Notes under the pieces: model-generated
What the model was told of the DNA's origin: nothing
Seen by the model: only the letters and a program-made list of their open reading frames with translations
Database searches by the model: none
Program-made: the position numbers and the translations under genes
Assembly (NCBI GenBank): GCA_963801355.1
Contig: CAWDEM010000008.1
Span: 2,080,001 to 2,144,000 of the forward strand
Direction: 5' to 3'
Source: Ignavibacteriota bacterium
GTDB lineage: Bacteria > Bacteroidota > Ignavibacteria > UBA10030 > UBA6906
DNA length: 64,000 nucleotides
Shown here: one piece after another, positions 17,827-26,420 of the stretch
Layout of the letters: every line of letters begins with the position of its first letter
How positions within the stretch are numbered: position 1 is the first letter of the stretch

Positions 17827-20183
17827 CAAAATCCCTGGTGTTCGGTCCGTGCAATGATTTCATTCTGCAGTGTTGTGCTCAGGTCCGCAAAATAGTCGCT
17901 GTACCCTGCGACCCGGACAATGAGATCACGATGTTGCTCGGGGTGTTTCTGAGCATCCCGGAGTTTTTCCGCACTCACCACATTGAACTGGATGTGATGC
18001 CCCCCGAGGGTGAAGTAGGACCGCACCAGGCGGGCGAGTGTATCGATCCCCTTCTCCCCTTCAAGAAGCTGGGGGGTGAACTTCTGGTTCAATAGGGTCC
18101 CGCCTGTCCGCACATGATCCATCTTTGCTGCTGATTTCAGTACCGCCGTCGGCCCGCGGCGGTCGGCGCCCTGCACCGGAGAAATCCCTTCCGACAGCGG
18201 CGTACCGGCCTTCCTCCCGTCGGGCGTGGCCCCGGTGACCGAGCCGAAGTAGACATGGCAGGTTGTCGGCAGAAGATTGATCCGGTACATGCCCCCTTTG
18301 GTATTCGGTCTCCCGTTGACTTCAGCATAAAACGCCTCAAACACCTCCCGCATCACGCTGTCCGCCCGGTCATCGTCATTCCCGTACTTGGGCGCGCGAT
18401 TCATGACCAGCAGCCGGGTCTGCTCGAATCCGTCATAATCCGCGTCCAGCACCTTGACAAGGTCAGCCATCGTGAGCATATGCTCTTCGAAGACCAGTGA
18501 CTTGATTGCGGAGAGGCTATCGGTCATCGTACCGATGCCGACACCCTGAATGTAGTTGGTGTTGTACCGTGCTCCGCCGGCGTTGTAGTCCTTGCCCCGT
18601 GCGATGCAATCGTCGGTGAGCAGCGAGAGGAACGGTACAGGCATGTACTCGGCATAAATGCGCTCGATAACGTTGTTGCCCCGCACCTTGATATCCACGA
18701 AATGATGCAGCTGCTTTCTGTACGCCCGCATCACGTCATCAAACGTCCGCCATTCGTCTGCCGCCCCGGTGGGAATGCCCAGCATCGTGCCGGTTCCAGG
18801 GTCCATGCCATTATGCAATGTGATTTCGAGGACCTTCGGCATATTGAAATAGCCGGTGAGAATATAACTCTCTTTCCCGAATGCACCGGTTTCAACGCAC
18901 CCGCTGGTGCCGCCATCGCGGGCGTCTTCGACGGATTTCCCCTGCCGCAACATTTCTTCGATGACGGTTTCGGCATTGAAGATCGACGGCTGCCCCCTGC
19001 CCTTCCGGATCACCCTGCCGGCATGCTTCAGGAACGCATCGGGGTTCTTCCTGCTCAGCTGGATATTCGAACTTGGCTGCACGAGCTGCATTTCATCGAC
19101 CACGTCCAGCATGAGAAAGCTCACGTCATTCACTGCATCGCTGCCGTCCTGCTTCAGGCCGCCGCAGTTAATGTTGGCGAAATCGGTATATGTCGAGCTT
19201 TCCGCGGCGGTCACACCGACCTTCGGAGGTGCAGGCTGGTTGTTAAACTTCACCCAGAAGCATTGCAGGAGTTCTTGGGCACTCTCCCGTGACAGCGTCC
19301 CATCCGCGATCCCCCGCTCGTAAAAGGGAAGGAGGTGTTGATCCAGACGCCCGGGGTTGTACGCGTCCCACGGGTTGAGCTCTGTGATCACCCCGAGGTG
19401 AACAAACCAGTATGCCTGGAGCGCCTCCTGGAAGTCGGCCGGTGCATGTGCGGGAACCCTGCGGCACACACGTTCGATGGTGAGGAGTTCCGACCTGCGG
19501 ACCGGATCACGCTCCTCACGGGCCAGCGACGCGGTAAGATCCGCATGACGGTTGGCGAAGGCAATGATTGTGCCGGCGCAGATATCCATGGCACGCAGCT
19601 CTTCCCGCTTCGCGTAGGCCTCGGGATCGGAAAAGAAATCCAGTGCCGCCATCCGCTCCCCGATCTCCCGTTGGAACTCCAGCATCCCCTTCCGGTAGAT
19701 CTTGTCGTCCAGCACCGTGTGCCCCGGTGCCCGCTGTTCCATGAACTCCGTGAATACTCCGGCCGCATAGGCATCCTTCCACTCCTGCGTCATCTCCTCA
19801 AAGATCTTCTCACGAATTGTCTTCCCTTTCCAGAATGGAATCAGCGTGTCGCGGTATGCGGCGCGCATCTCCGGACTGACTCTGAACGAGACCTTCTCGC
19901 GTGTATCGAGGATATGCAGATCTTCGAGAGAATGGCAGCAGAGCTCAGGATAGGTGTACGTGGCTTTGGGAGCAGGTCCGCGTTCGCCGACAATGAGTTC
20001 GCCGTCGTTGATGCAGATCGTGCGATGCTCCATAATGTGCTTGAACGTCAGGGCACGGCGCACCGCGACGGACACGAAGCCTATCTGTTCGTAGGCCTCC
20101 TTGACGAGAAGCGCGCGCTCCGGTGTGAGATGCGGAACGGCATGCATGCTCTGTTCACGCAATTTTCTGACACGTTCTGTCAT
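17826..20183 (-). CDS. hypD: Glycyl radical enzyme trans-4-hydroxy-L-proline dehydratase
   Basis: HypD-type segments as I recall them from Clostridioides difficile HypD: FTEFMEQRAPGHT, ELNPWDA, KFNNQPAPPKVGVT..ESSTYTDF, GGTSGCVE (Cys loop), YILTGY, LPTTCH; glycyl loop RVAGYS. Confidence 0.9.
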   Translation of the reverse strand: MTERVRKLREQSMHAVPHLTPERALLVKEAYEQIGFVSVAVRRALTFKHIMEHRTICINDGELIVGERGPAPKATYTYPELCCHSLEDLHILDTREKVSFRVSPEMRAAYRDTLIPFWKGKTIREKIFEEMTQEWKDAYAAGVFTEFMEQRAPGHTVLDDKIYRKGMLEFQREIGERMAALDFFSDPEAYAKREELRAMDICAGTIIAFANRHADLTASLAREERDPVRRSELLTIERVCRRVPAHAPADFQEALQAYWFVHLGVITELNPWDAYNPGRLDQHLLPFYERGIADGTLSRESAQELLQCFWVKFNNQPAPPKVGVTAAESSTYTDFANINCGGLKQDGSDAVNDVSFLMLDVVDEMQLVQPSSNIQLSRKNPDAFLKHAGRVIRKGRGQPSIFNAETVIEEMLRQGKSVEDARDGGTSGCVETGAFGKESYILTGYFNMPKVLEITLHNGMDPGTGTMLGIPTGAADEWRTFDDVMRAYRKQLHHFVDIKVRGNNVIERIYAEYMPVPFLSLLTDDCIARGKDYNAGGARYNTNYIQGVGIGTMTDSLSAIKSLVFEEHMLTMADLVKVLDADYDGFEQTRLLVMNRAPKYGNDDDRADSVMREVFEAFYAEVNGRPNTKGGMYRINLLPTTCHVYFGSVTGATPDGRKAGTPLSEGISPVQGADRRGPTAVLKSAAKMDHVRTGGTLLNQKFTPQLLEGEKGIDTLARLVRSYFTLGGHHIQFNVVSAEKLRDAQKHPEQHRDLIVRVAGYSDYFADLSTTLQNEIIARTEHQGF

Positions 20184-20186
20184 TCC

Positions 20187-21110
20187 CTATCCTCCCAGAA
20201 TCACCGAGGGTACGTACTTTCTCAATTCCGCCGCCATCCGGTCAGCGGCGTCACTGGCCGGAGACCGCAATGCACCGAGGGTATACGATTTCCCCAGCCG
20301 GATATACTTTTCGCTGCCGGCGGAATGATACGGCAACAGGTGAATCTCGCGAATTGCCGGGAGCGATGCAAGCCATTCCCCGCTCGCCCTGATGTTGTGC
20401 GGGTCATCGTTAACTCCCGGAATCAGGGGAATGCGCACGATGATGTGCTTCCCCCACTGCACGAGCCGCCGCATATTCTCGAGCAGGAGAACATTGGATA
20501 CCCCGGTGTATTCCCTGTGCTTCGCGTCATCCATCATCTTCAGGTCATACAGAAAGAGATCCACCAGAGGCGCAATGCGTTCCAGAATCGCCGGCGATGT
20601 ACAGCCCGTCGTGTCCACAACGGTGTGTAGCTCCAGTCGCCGGCTGGCATGCAGCAGCGACGCGAGGAACTCATGCTGGAGGAGGGGTTCGCCTCCGGAA
20701 AATGTGACGCCGCCTCCTGACTCATCAAAAAAGACCCGGTCACGGACGACTTCCTCCAGAACACTCCCCGTGGTCATCTCCCTTCCCACGACCTCGCGCG
20801 CGCCGGCGTAGCAGTCAGGCACGCACTCCCCGCACCGCGCGCACAGCGTGCGGTCTGTGATCACCCGGCCGTCATCCCGGATGATAGCGCCGTGTGTGCA
20901 GGTATCCACACATTTGCCGCACTGTATGCATCGCTCTTCCCGGAGGATGATTTCCGGATCGCGGCGTATGGACTCCGGATTGTGGCACCATGGACACGCA
21001 AGAGGACAGCCCTTGAGGAAGACGGTCGTCCTGATCCCCGGTCCGTCGTGAACCGAGAATCTCATGATGTTGTACACCATGCCTGCGATATCAGGAGAGA
21101 AGGCTGACAT
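20187..21110 (-). CDS. Glycyl-radical activating enzyme (radical SAM with ferredoxin insert), cognate to HypD
   Basis: HDGPGIRTTVFLKGCPLACPWCHNPES (CX3CX2C), two CxxCxxCxxxC clusters, GGVTFSGGEP; ends 3 nt before the hypD start. Confidence 0.93.
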   Translation of the reverse strand: MSAFSPDIAGMVYNIMRFSVHDGPGIRTTVFLKGCPLACPWCHNPESIRRDPEIILREERCIQCGKCVDTCTHGAIIRDDGRVITDRTLCARCGECVPDCYAGAREVVGREMTTGSVLEEVVRDRVFFDESGGGVTFSGGEPLLQHEFLASLLHASRRLELHTVVDTTGCTSPAILERIAPLVDLFLYDLKMMDDAKHREYTGVSNVLLLENMRRLVQWGKHIIVRIPLIPGVNDDPHNIRASGEWLASLPAIREIHLLPYHSAGSEKYIRLGKSYTLGALRSPASDAADRMAAELRKYVPSVILGG

Positions 21111-21118
21111 TGTTCACG

Positions 21119-21265
21119 TCAGGATGTCCGCCTGCCTCGCCCGGGAATCGTCAGCAGATCTTTCAAGTCTTTCGTCCCCAGAATGGTAATGACCAGAGCC
21201 GCTCCAAAGAAGAGCAACGCGGCAGCCGCGAAGATCAGAAGCCAGACATACGCCCATGTGATCAT
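21119..21265 (-). CDS. Small single-pass membrane protein (48 aa), probable SSS-transporter partner
   Basis: Below the ORF-track cutoff. MITWAYVWLLIFAAAALLFFGAALVITILGTKDLKDLLTIPGRGRRTS; ATGA overlap with the SSS stop; ends 8 nt before the activase start. Confidence 0.75.
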   Translation of the reverse strand: MITWAYVWLLIFAAAALLFFGAALVITILGTKDLKDLLTIPGRGRRTS

Positions 21266-22731
21266 AATCGCACCGGAGGATGTGATTTCTGCGTAAGCAG
21301 TGATCCGATGACCATCCCTGCAAGCGCCAGTAAGAAACTGAAGAAGCCGGAAATGTTGACATCCACGAGAAACAGCATCTCCCGGGGCAGTGAGGACTTG
21401 ATGAGATCAAGAACCAGGAACCCTATCGGCGCCAGCGCACCACATCCCAGGGCGGCATATGCCCCTACGAGGTTCGCTTTCTTCCAGTACAACCCTGCCA
21501 CGACACAGCCGAACGCTCCCGCACCGTACATCGCCCCTGTGATCGCCGTGTATTGAAACGCCGTCGCCGGGATCTCGTACCAGAGCCCGAACACCAGGAT
21601 GAACACTCCGATGATCCCCGTGACAGTCCTGGTCAGGAGCATTGTCGCGCGTTCCGAGAGCTCCCTCTTCCGGATCGGCACAATGATGTCACGCGTCGCC
21701 ACCGAACTCCAGGCGAGCATATAGGCGCTGTAGGTGGACATCGAGGCAGCCAGCATACCGGCTATCATCAGCCCCAGCAGGCCACTGGGGACAACCGTGC
21801 CGAGCAACTTCGGCATCGCCGTCATGGAATTCACGGAAGGACCGAACATTGCCAGCGCGGCGATCCCCCAGAACATCGGCACCATATACCTCCCCGCCAG
21901 CGTGATGCCCGTATAGAGGAATACCTTTCTCCCCACTTCAGGACTTTCGGAAGAAAACGCCTTTGATGCGGCCGGTTGGTTCAGAGCCGACATTGCCACA
22001 CTCCCGATCAACATCCAGAAAATGAAAGCCCAGCCGAACCGGGGGTTGGCAGCCGGATTGACGCCTTGCTCGCCCATCTGATGTACCACTGCGGACGCCA
22101 TGTCCGACAGGTTCACGTTGGCGAGAACGAAGAGCGTCGCAATCAACATCCCTAACGACAACACAACAAACTGAATGAAATCCGTCACGACAACCGAGAA
22201 CATCCCACCCAGAATCGTATACGAGACGACCACGATCAGCATCACGGTCATCACCGTAAACAGCATCCCCTGTCCCAGCCCCATTGTCTGGGTCAGAAAG
22301 AGTCCGTCCATCTTCAGGAAGATGCCCATATTGAGCACCCCCCCCAGGAAGAGGAGTATGCCGCCGAGGAGGCGCACACCTTTACTGTACCGCAGTTGAT
22401 AGAATTCCGGGATGGTCACAATTCTCAACGCCCTGAGGCCCGACACAATAAAACCGGTTTTGCCGATTACCAGGTACCCGAAGAAGCCGATGATCCCGAG
22501 GATGAAGCAGGAAAAACCGGTGACATACCCCAGCTCGCCGAAATACATAAACGTGACGATCCCGATCTCTGTGGCGATCAGCGTCGCAGACCCGAGGGCC
22601 ACTTTCACACGACGGCCCGCGACGAAATAGCCCTCCATGTTTTCCACATATTTCCGCGCCCGCAGACCGACGAACATCGAGCCGGCCAGATAGGCAAACA
22701 GGATGCACCAGTCGAGAGTTTGAAAATTCAT
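21262..22731 (-). CDS. Sodium:solute symporter (SSS family)
   Basis: YFVAGR, TIPEFYQLRY, YTILGGMFSVVVTDFIQF, GMLAASMST; AAAGGAG RBS. Confidence 0.92.
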   Translation of the reverse strand: MNFQTLDWCILFAYLAGSMFVGLRARKYVENMEGYFVAGRRVKVALGSATLIATEIGIVTFMYFGELGYVTGFSCFILGIIGFFGYLVIGKTGFIVSGLRALRIVTIPEFYQLRYSKGVRLLGGILLFLGGVLNMGIFLKMDGLFLTQTMGLGQGMLFTVMTVMLIVVVSYTILGGMFSVVVTDFIQFVVLSLGMLIATLFVLANVNLSDMASAVVHQMGEQGVNPAANPRFGWAFIFWMLIGSVAMSALNQPAASKAFSSESPEVGRKVFLYTGITLAGRYMVPMFWGIAALAMFGPSVNSMTAMPKLLGTVVPSGLLGLMIAGMLAASMSTYSAYMLAWSSVATRDIIVPIRKRELSERATMLLTRTVTGIIGVFILVFGLWYEIPATAFQYTAITGAMYGAGAFGCVVAGLYWKKANLVGAYAALGCGALAPIGFLVLDLIKSSLPREMLFLVDVNISGFFSFLLALAGMVIGSLLTQKSHPPVRL

Positions 22732-22747
22732 CCGGGTGATGCTCCTT

Positions 22748-24532
22748 TCAGTCAGGCACCGTCAGCGTCCGGTCGTACACCTCGATTTCCCGGATCGAAT
22801 AGGCCGAAATGGTTGAACGCCCCCCGGTTCCCTCGAGCCCGTACATCCTGAGGTAACGGACGGGGGCCGTTGTCACCGCGTGTTCATCGACTCCCCCTGC
22901 TCCGCGGGGGACCTCCCGTATCGTTTTCCAGGCGATCCCGTCGTCCGAAACCTCCAGCCTGTATGTGCGCGCGCAGGTTTCACCCCACCGGATGCGTATC
23001 GCAGCAATCGTCCTCGGCTCCTTCCAGGAAAGCATCAGCCATTGCTCTTCTTGGCCGTCCGATTTAGTCCATGCCGCGGAATTCCATCGCGTCGAAAGGT
23101 CTCCATCGTTCGCGGATGAGGGGCCAAAGGCCGGACCGATGACAGAGTACGTTGAGGCGGTGACACGTGCTTCGCGTGCGATGTTTGCCGGAGGAATTAC
23201 CGAGTCGCGCGCCACCATCTGAAGGGCGAGCACGGCATACGGCGGAACTTCAAGCCGCACGGTCGTGCCGTCTGCGCGCAGATCCGGCAGGGCCTGGTTC
23301 GGGTGCGTCGAGTCGAGCAGCACCGCTTGGACCGTCGCCGCGGGCTGAAACTGCGCGATCTGCACCGAGACCTTCTTTGCAACCGTGGCACTTGTATTAA
23401 TCAGCATGGCTGCGAGCCGACGTCCGCTCCGCGCCGCGTATACCTTGACGTGCGGATCGGTCGAGGTCGACGCAACCAGCGTGTCGCCAAACAGGCGCCG
23501 GAAAAGAGGAAACACATGATATGTGTAGCTAGGTGTATTCCTGCCTTCGGAGGACAGGTAGCCATAGTCCCCCTTCCGCGGGGGGAACGCATTATGGAGA
23601 GCCCAGTAGCAGGCAATATCGGTCTTCGCCGCTGCCATGGTCCCCAGCATGTCGGCGACCCAGACAGCGTTCACCATCTGCAAGGTCTGAGGCCCGGGGG
23701 AGTGATTCACGGAATTATACCCGACATTGACAAAAAGAATTTGTGCCGCTTTCTTCTTCCCCACCGCGCGTTCCACGTCGGCACGCAGGCGCAGGAATTG
23801 GTCACGGTATGTCGCAGTGCTGGCCAGAAGCGTGTCGTCGTTCTCCTTGCCCCATTGCTGCGGGTAGAACGTCACGGTCAACATATCGATATACTCACCC
23901 GCGGCGGCCAGCACCCGCTCTGTCCACCGTTCCGGATGAACCCCCAGGAACACATTGGTGGCCACCTTGATGGTTGGGTCAGCTTCTTTCATAGCCTTTA
24001 CGAACGTCACATACTTTGCGGCATAGGCTTCCGGGGTAGAGTGGCCTTTCGCCCACCATCCCCACTGTTCGTCGCCGACCTCCCAGTAGCGGACGCGCGG
24101 CCCACAGCCCGTGTTGCAGTGCCTCACCCACGCGGCAGCCAGCTCTGGCGACTGGTTGAAGTTGATGGTAATGAAGGGCTCGGCTCCGACCTCGCGGCAG
24201 AAGGCGAGATACTCATCCGTTTCCATTTCCGCGGTGTTGTTATCGGGGGAGTTCCAGACGTAGGAATCCGCATCGTTGCCGCCGGGATACTTCAGGTTGG
24301 TGACCCCGGACGCTTTTACCTTCGCGATCGCATCCCGGTCACAGGTTAGCAGCATCCGGTCAACGGAGGAAGGAAAGAGGGATTCATCCCATCGCGCTGT
24401 ATTGAGACCATAGAGGAGCGGATTGATGGGACCGAGAATGCTGCCTGCCTCGATGGTCAGCATTACTTTCTGTGCGGTTGCTGCCTGCGAGAGCGCGAGA
24501 GCCACCAGAAGGAGGCGTGCGAGTGTACTCAT
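22748..24532 (-). CDS. Exported GH-A-like glycoside hydrolase (GH51/GH79/GH44-like barrel) with C-terminal F5/8 type C (CBM32) domain
   Basis: Signal peptide from ATG 24532 (ATGA overlap); INPLLYG, LKYPGG..AD.Y.W, PFITINF, YWEVGDE, MKEADPTIKV; C-terminal ANDGDLSTRWNS...YSIREIEVY. Confidence 0.7.
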   Translation of the reverse strand: MSTLARLLLVALALSQAATAQKVMLTIEAGSILGPINPLLYGLNTARWDESLFPSSVDRMLLTCDRDAIAKVKASGVTNLKYPGGNDADSYVWNSPDNNTAEMETDEYLAFCREVGAEPFITINFNQSPELAAAWVRHCNTGCGPRVRYWEVGDEQWGWWAKGHSTPEAYAAKYVTFVKAMKEADPTIKVATNVFLGVHPERWTERVLAAAGEYIDMLTVTFYPQQWGKENDDTLLASTATYRDQFLRLRADVERAVGKKKAAQILFVNVGYNSVNHSPGPQTLQMVNAVWVADMLGTMAAAKTDIACYWALHNAFPPRKGDYGYLSSEGRNTPSYTYHVFPLFRRLFGDTLVASTSTDPHVKVYAARSGRRLAAMLINTSATVAKKVSVQIAQFQPAATVQAVLLDSTHPNQALPDLRADGTTVRLEVPPYAVLALQMVARDSVIPPANIAREARVTASTYSVIGPAFGPSSANDGDLSTRWNSAAWTKSDGQEEQWLMLSWKEPRTIAAIRIRWGETCARTYRLEVSDDGIAWKTIREVPRGAGGVDEHAVTTAPVRYLRMYGLEGTGGRSTISAYSIREIEVYDRTLTVPD

Positions 24533-25464
24533 AGTGTCTTTCGCATGATGATGTGGCGGCGGAGGACCCTGAGGCCCATGCGGTGGTAGAAGTCTTTGAC
24601 ATGACCCGTCGTCCACGCCAGCCAGAGGTTGTGCTTTCCTTTTTTCCGCATTTGCTCGACCGTTGCATAGTACAGTAACGGGCCAAGGCCGCGCCCGCTG
24701 AAGCCGGGGTGGATCCCGAACGGGCCGAAGTGTTCATCCCGGAAGTGGCTGAACCCGACCACGTCGCCGTCTTTTATCGCCACAAGGATTTCATCACACT
24801 CGGGGTCTTCGGTCAGCCTGTCGAGTGCAACCCGAAAGAGATCGCCGGGATAGTATTGCCGGAGGAATTCCAGCAACAGCAGCGCATACTGCGGCGAGAA
24901 CAGTGATACGGAAAAGCCGGATGCCGCCAGCCGCCTCCGGATCCCGGACAGGTCGGGCGGCGTGGTGACGTCGAGCAGCGAGCACCCCATGCCGTAGACT
25001 CTGCGCCTGCCGGAGTACCCGTGTGCTTTCAGAAACGCATGCCCGGACGCAGAGCCGTCCACGTCGACGCCGGGAACAATGTAGTTCGGCGTATAGTCAC
25101 ACACCGTGACATCATGCACCCGGTGAGAAGCAAGGAAGGCCTCTCCCCGTTGCAGCATCGCGGTCCCGATACCCCGCCGCTGATATTCCGGATCCACAAA
25201 AAAAACAGTGATCCATCCCCTGCCGGTTTCGAGACCCAGATCATAGTACGGATAACGTCTGTAGAGGGCAAGGAGAAAACCGACGACGGTATCGTCGCTG
25301 AGGGCGACCTGGCAGCCGGAGGGATCAAGGTTGGGGTCAAGAATGATCTTGCGACGGAACGTTGCAATGGAGATTTCGTCACGCGGCAGGCATTTATTCC
25401 ACAGTGCAACGATCTGGCGTTCATCACACCCGTGGAGATGCCGGTATTCGATCGTGTCGATCAT
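24529..25464 (-). CDS. Tandem-GNAT N-acetyltransferase
   Basis: Two acetyl-CoA motifs, VDPEYQRRGIG and HFGPFGIHPGFSGRGLG; no signal peptide. Confidence 0.85.
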   Translation of the reverse strand: MIDTIEYRHLHGCDERQIVALWNKCLPRDEISIATFRRKIILDPNLDPSGCQVALSDDTVVGFLLALYRRYPYYDLGLETGRGWITVFFVDPEYQRRGIGTAMLQRGEAFLASHRVHDVTVCDYTPNYIVPGVDVDGSASGHAFLKAHGYSGRRRVYGMGCSLLDVTTPPDLSGIRRRLAASGFSVSLFSPQYALLLLEFLRQYYPGDLFRVALDRLTEDPECDEILVAIKDGDVVGFSHFRDEHFGPFGIHPGFSGRGLGPLLYYATVEQMRKKGKHNLWLAWTTGHVKDFYHRMGLRVLRRHIIMRKTL

Positions 25465-26402
25465 CCGAGCTGTTTCTTGAGCAACACGAACCGGCGTGTC
25501 TCGCGGAAGCCGAACTTGCCGTAGACCTTCGCGGCAAGATCATCAGTCCACATCACCCATGCATCGTGGTGGCCGGCACATCTCATCCGTTCAAGCGTGC
25601 GGGCGAGCAACACGGTGCCGATCCCCTGACCTTGAAACGCTTCCGCGACGCCGAACGGACCGAAGTGCGATCCCTCAAACTGACAGTAGCCAATAATCCC
25701 GCCTGCATGTGTGACGACGGTGATCTGTTCCGGGTGGAAGCTTCCTTCGGTCATTTTGCGGAGATTGCGCCGTTCGACCCTCACCCAGTCGGTAGGCATC
25801 GAGCGCTCGAGAAATCCGAGAAACATAGTAAGATCCGTCCGGCGGTAGGTTCTGATTTCGATGCCTCCAGCGCGCAGGGCGAGCTCTTTCTCCCGTATAG
25901 CCTGCGAAGGATGAAACTTGACGATCGGCGCATCCATGCTGAGAGCTTCGTGAAACGGTACGTATCCCCGCTGCTCCAGATATCGCAGCAGAGGCGCAGA
26001 GGCGTGCTTGTCGATCCCCGGCGTGAAGTAGGCCGGAGGGTAGTTCGCGATGGAACATGCGATTTTTCCCCGGCCGGCAAAGCGCCGCTCCAGTTCTCCC
26101 AGGAGCGCGTCGCCGACACCCGCTAGATCAGCGTCCGGATCAACGGCAACGACCGTGATCCACGATGCTGTCCCTTGCGGATCCGCATCGCCGAGCGGCA
26201 TGCGCTGCGCTATATATCCGATCACAAATCCCGCCAGGCGATCTCCCTCATGTGCAAGAAGAAAGCAGCCGGGATCGAAGTTCTCGTCGAGAAGGACGCG
26301 GGATTCGAAGATGGCTTCCGATGGCACGTCAAGGGGAAGAGCCCGTGCCCACAACGCGAGGATTCCCCCCCGTGCGTCGTCTGTGTACTGTGAGATGGTC
26401 AT
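25461..26402 (-). CDS. Tandem-GNAT N-acetyltransferase (paralogue of the neighbour)
   Basis: LLDENFDP, WITVVAVDP, YFTPGID, HFGPFGVAEAFQGQGIG. The motif A of the N-terminal domain looks degenerate (DADLAGVG). Confidence 0.85.
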   Translation of the reverse strand: MTISQYTDDARGGILALWARALPLDVPSEAIFESRVLLDENFDPGCFLLAHEGDRLAGFVIGYIAQRMPLGDADPQGTASWITVVAVDPDADLAGVGDALLGELERRFAGRGKIACSIANYPPAYFTPGIDKHASAPLLRYLEQRGYVPFHEALSMDAPIVKFHPSQAIREKELALRAGGIEIRTYRRTDLTMFLGFLERSMPTDWVRVERRNLRKMTEGSFHPEQITVVTHAGGIIGYCQFEGSHFGPFGVAEAFQGQGIGTVLLARTLERMRCAGHHDAWVMWTDDLAAKVYGKFGFRETRRFVLLKKQLG

Positions 26403-26420
26403 ACTGTTCCGGCCGGGTTG

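Noticed and set aside
17826-20183. Pyruvate formate-lyase, choline TMA-lyase, diol dehydratase or a novel glycyl radical enzyme
   Set aside because: It has a single-Cys SGCVE loop rather than the PFL CC pair, and the HypD-type active-site segments are all present. The novelty lies in the context, not the enzyme.
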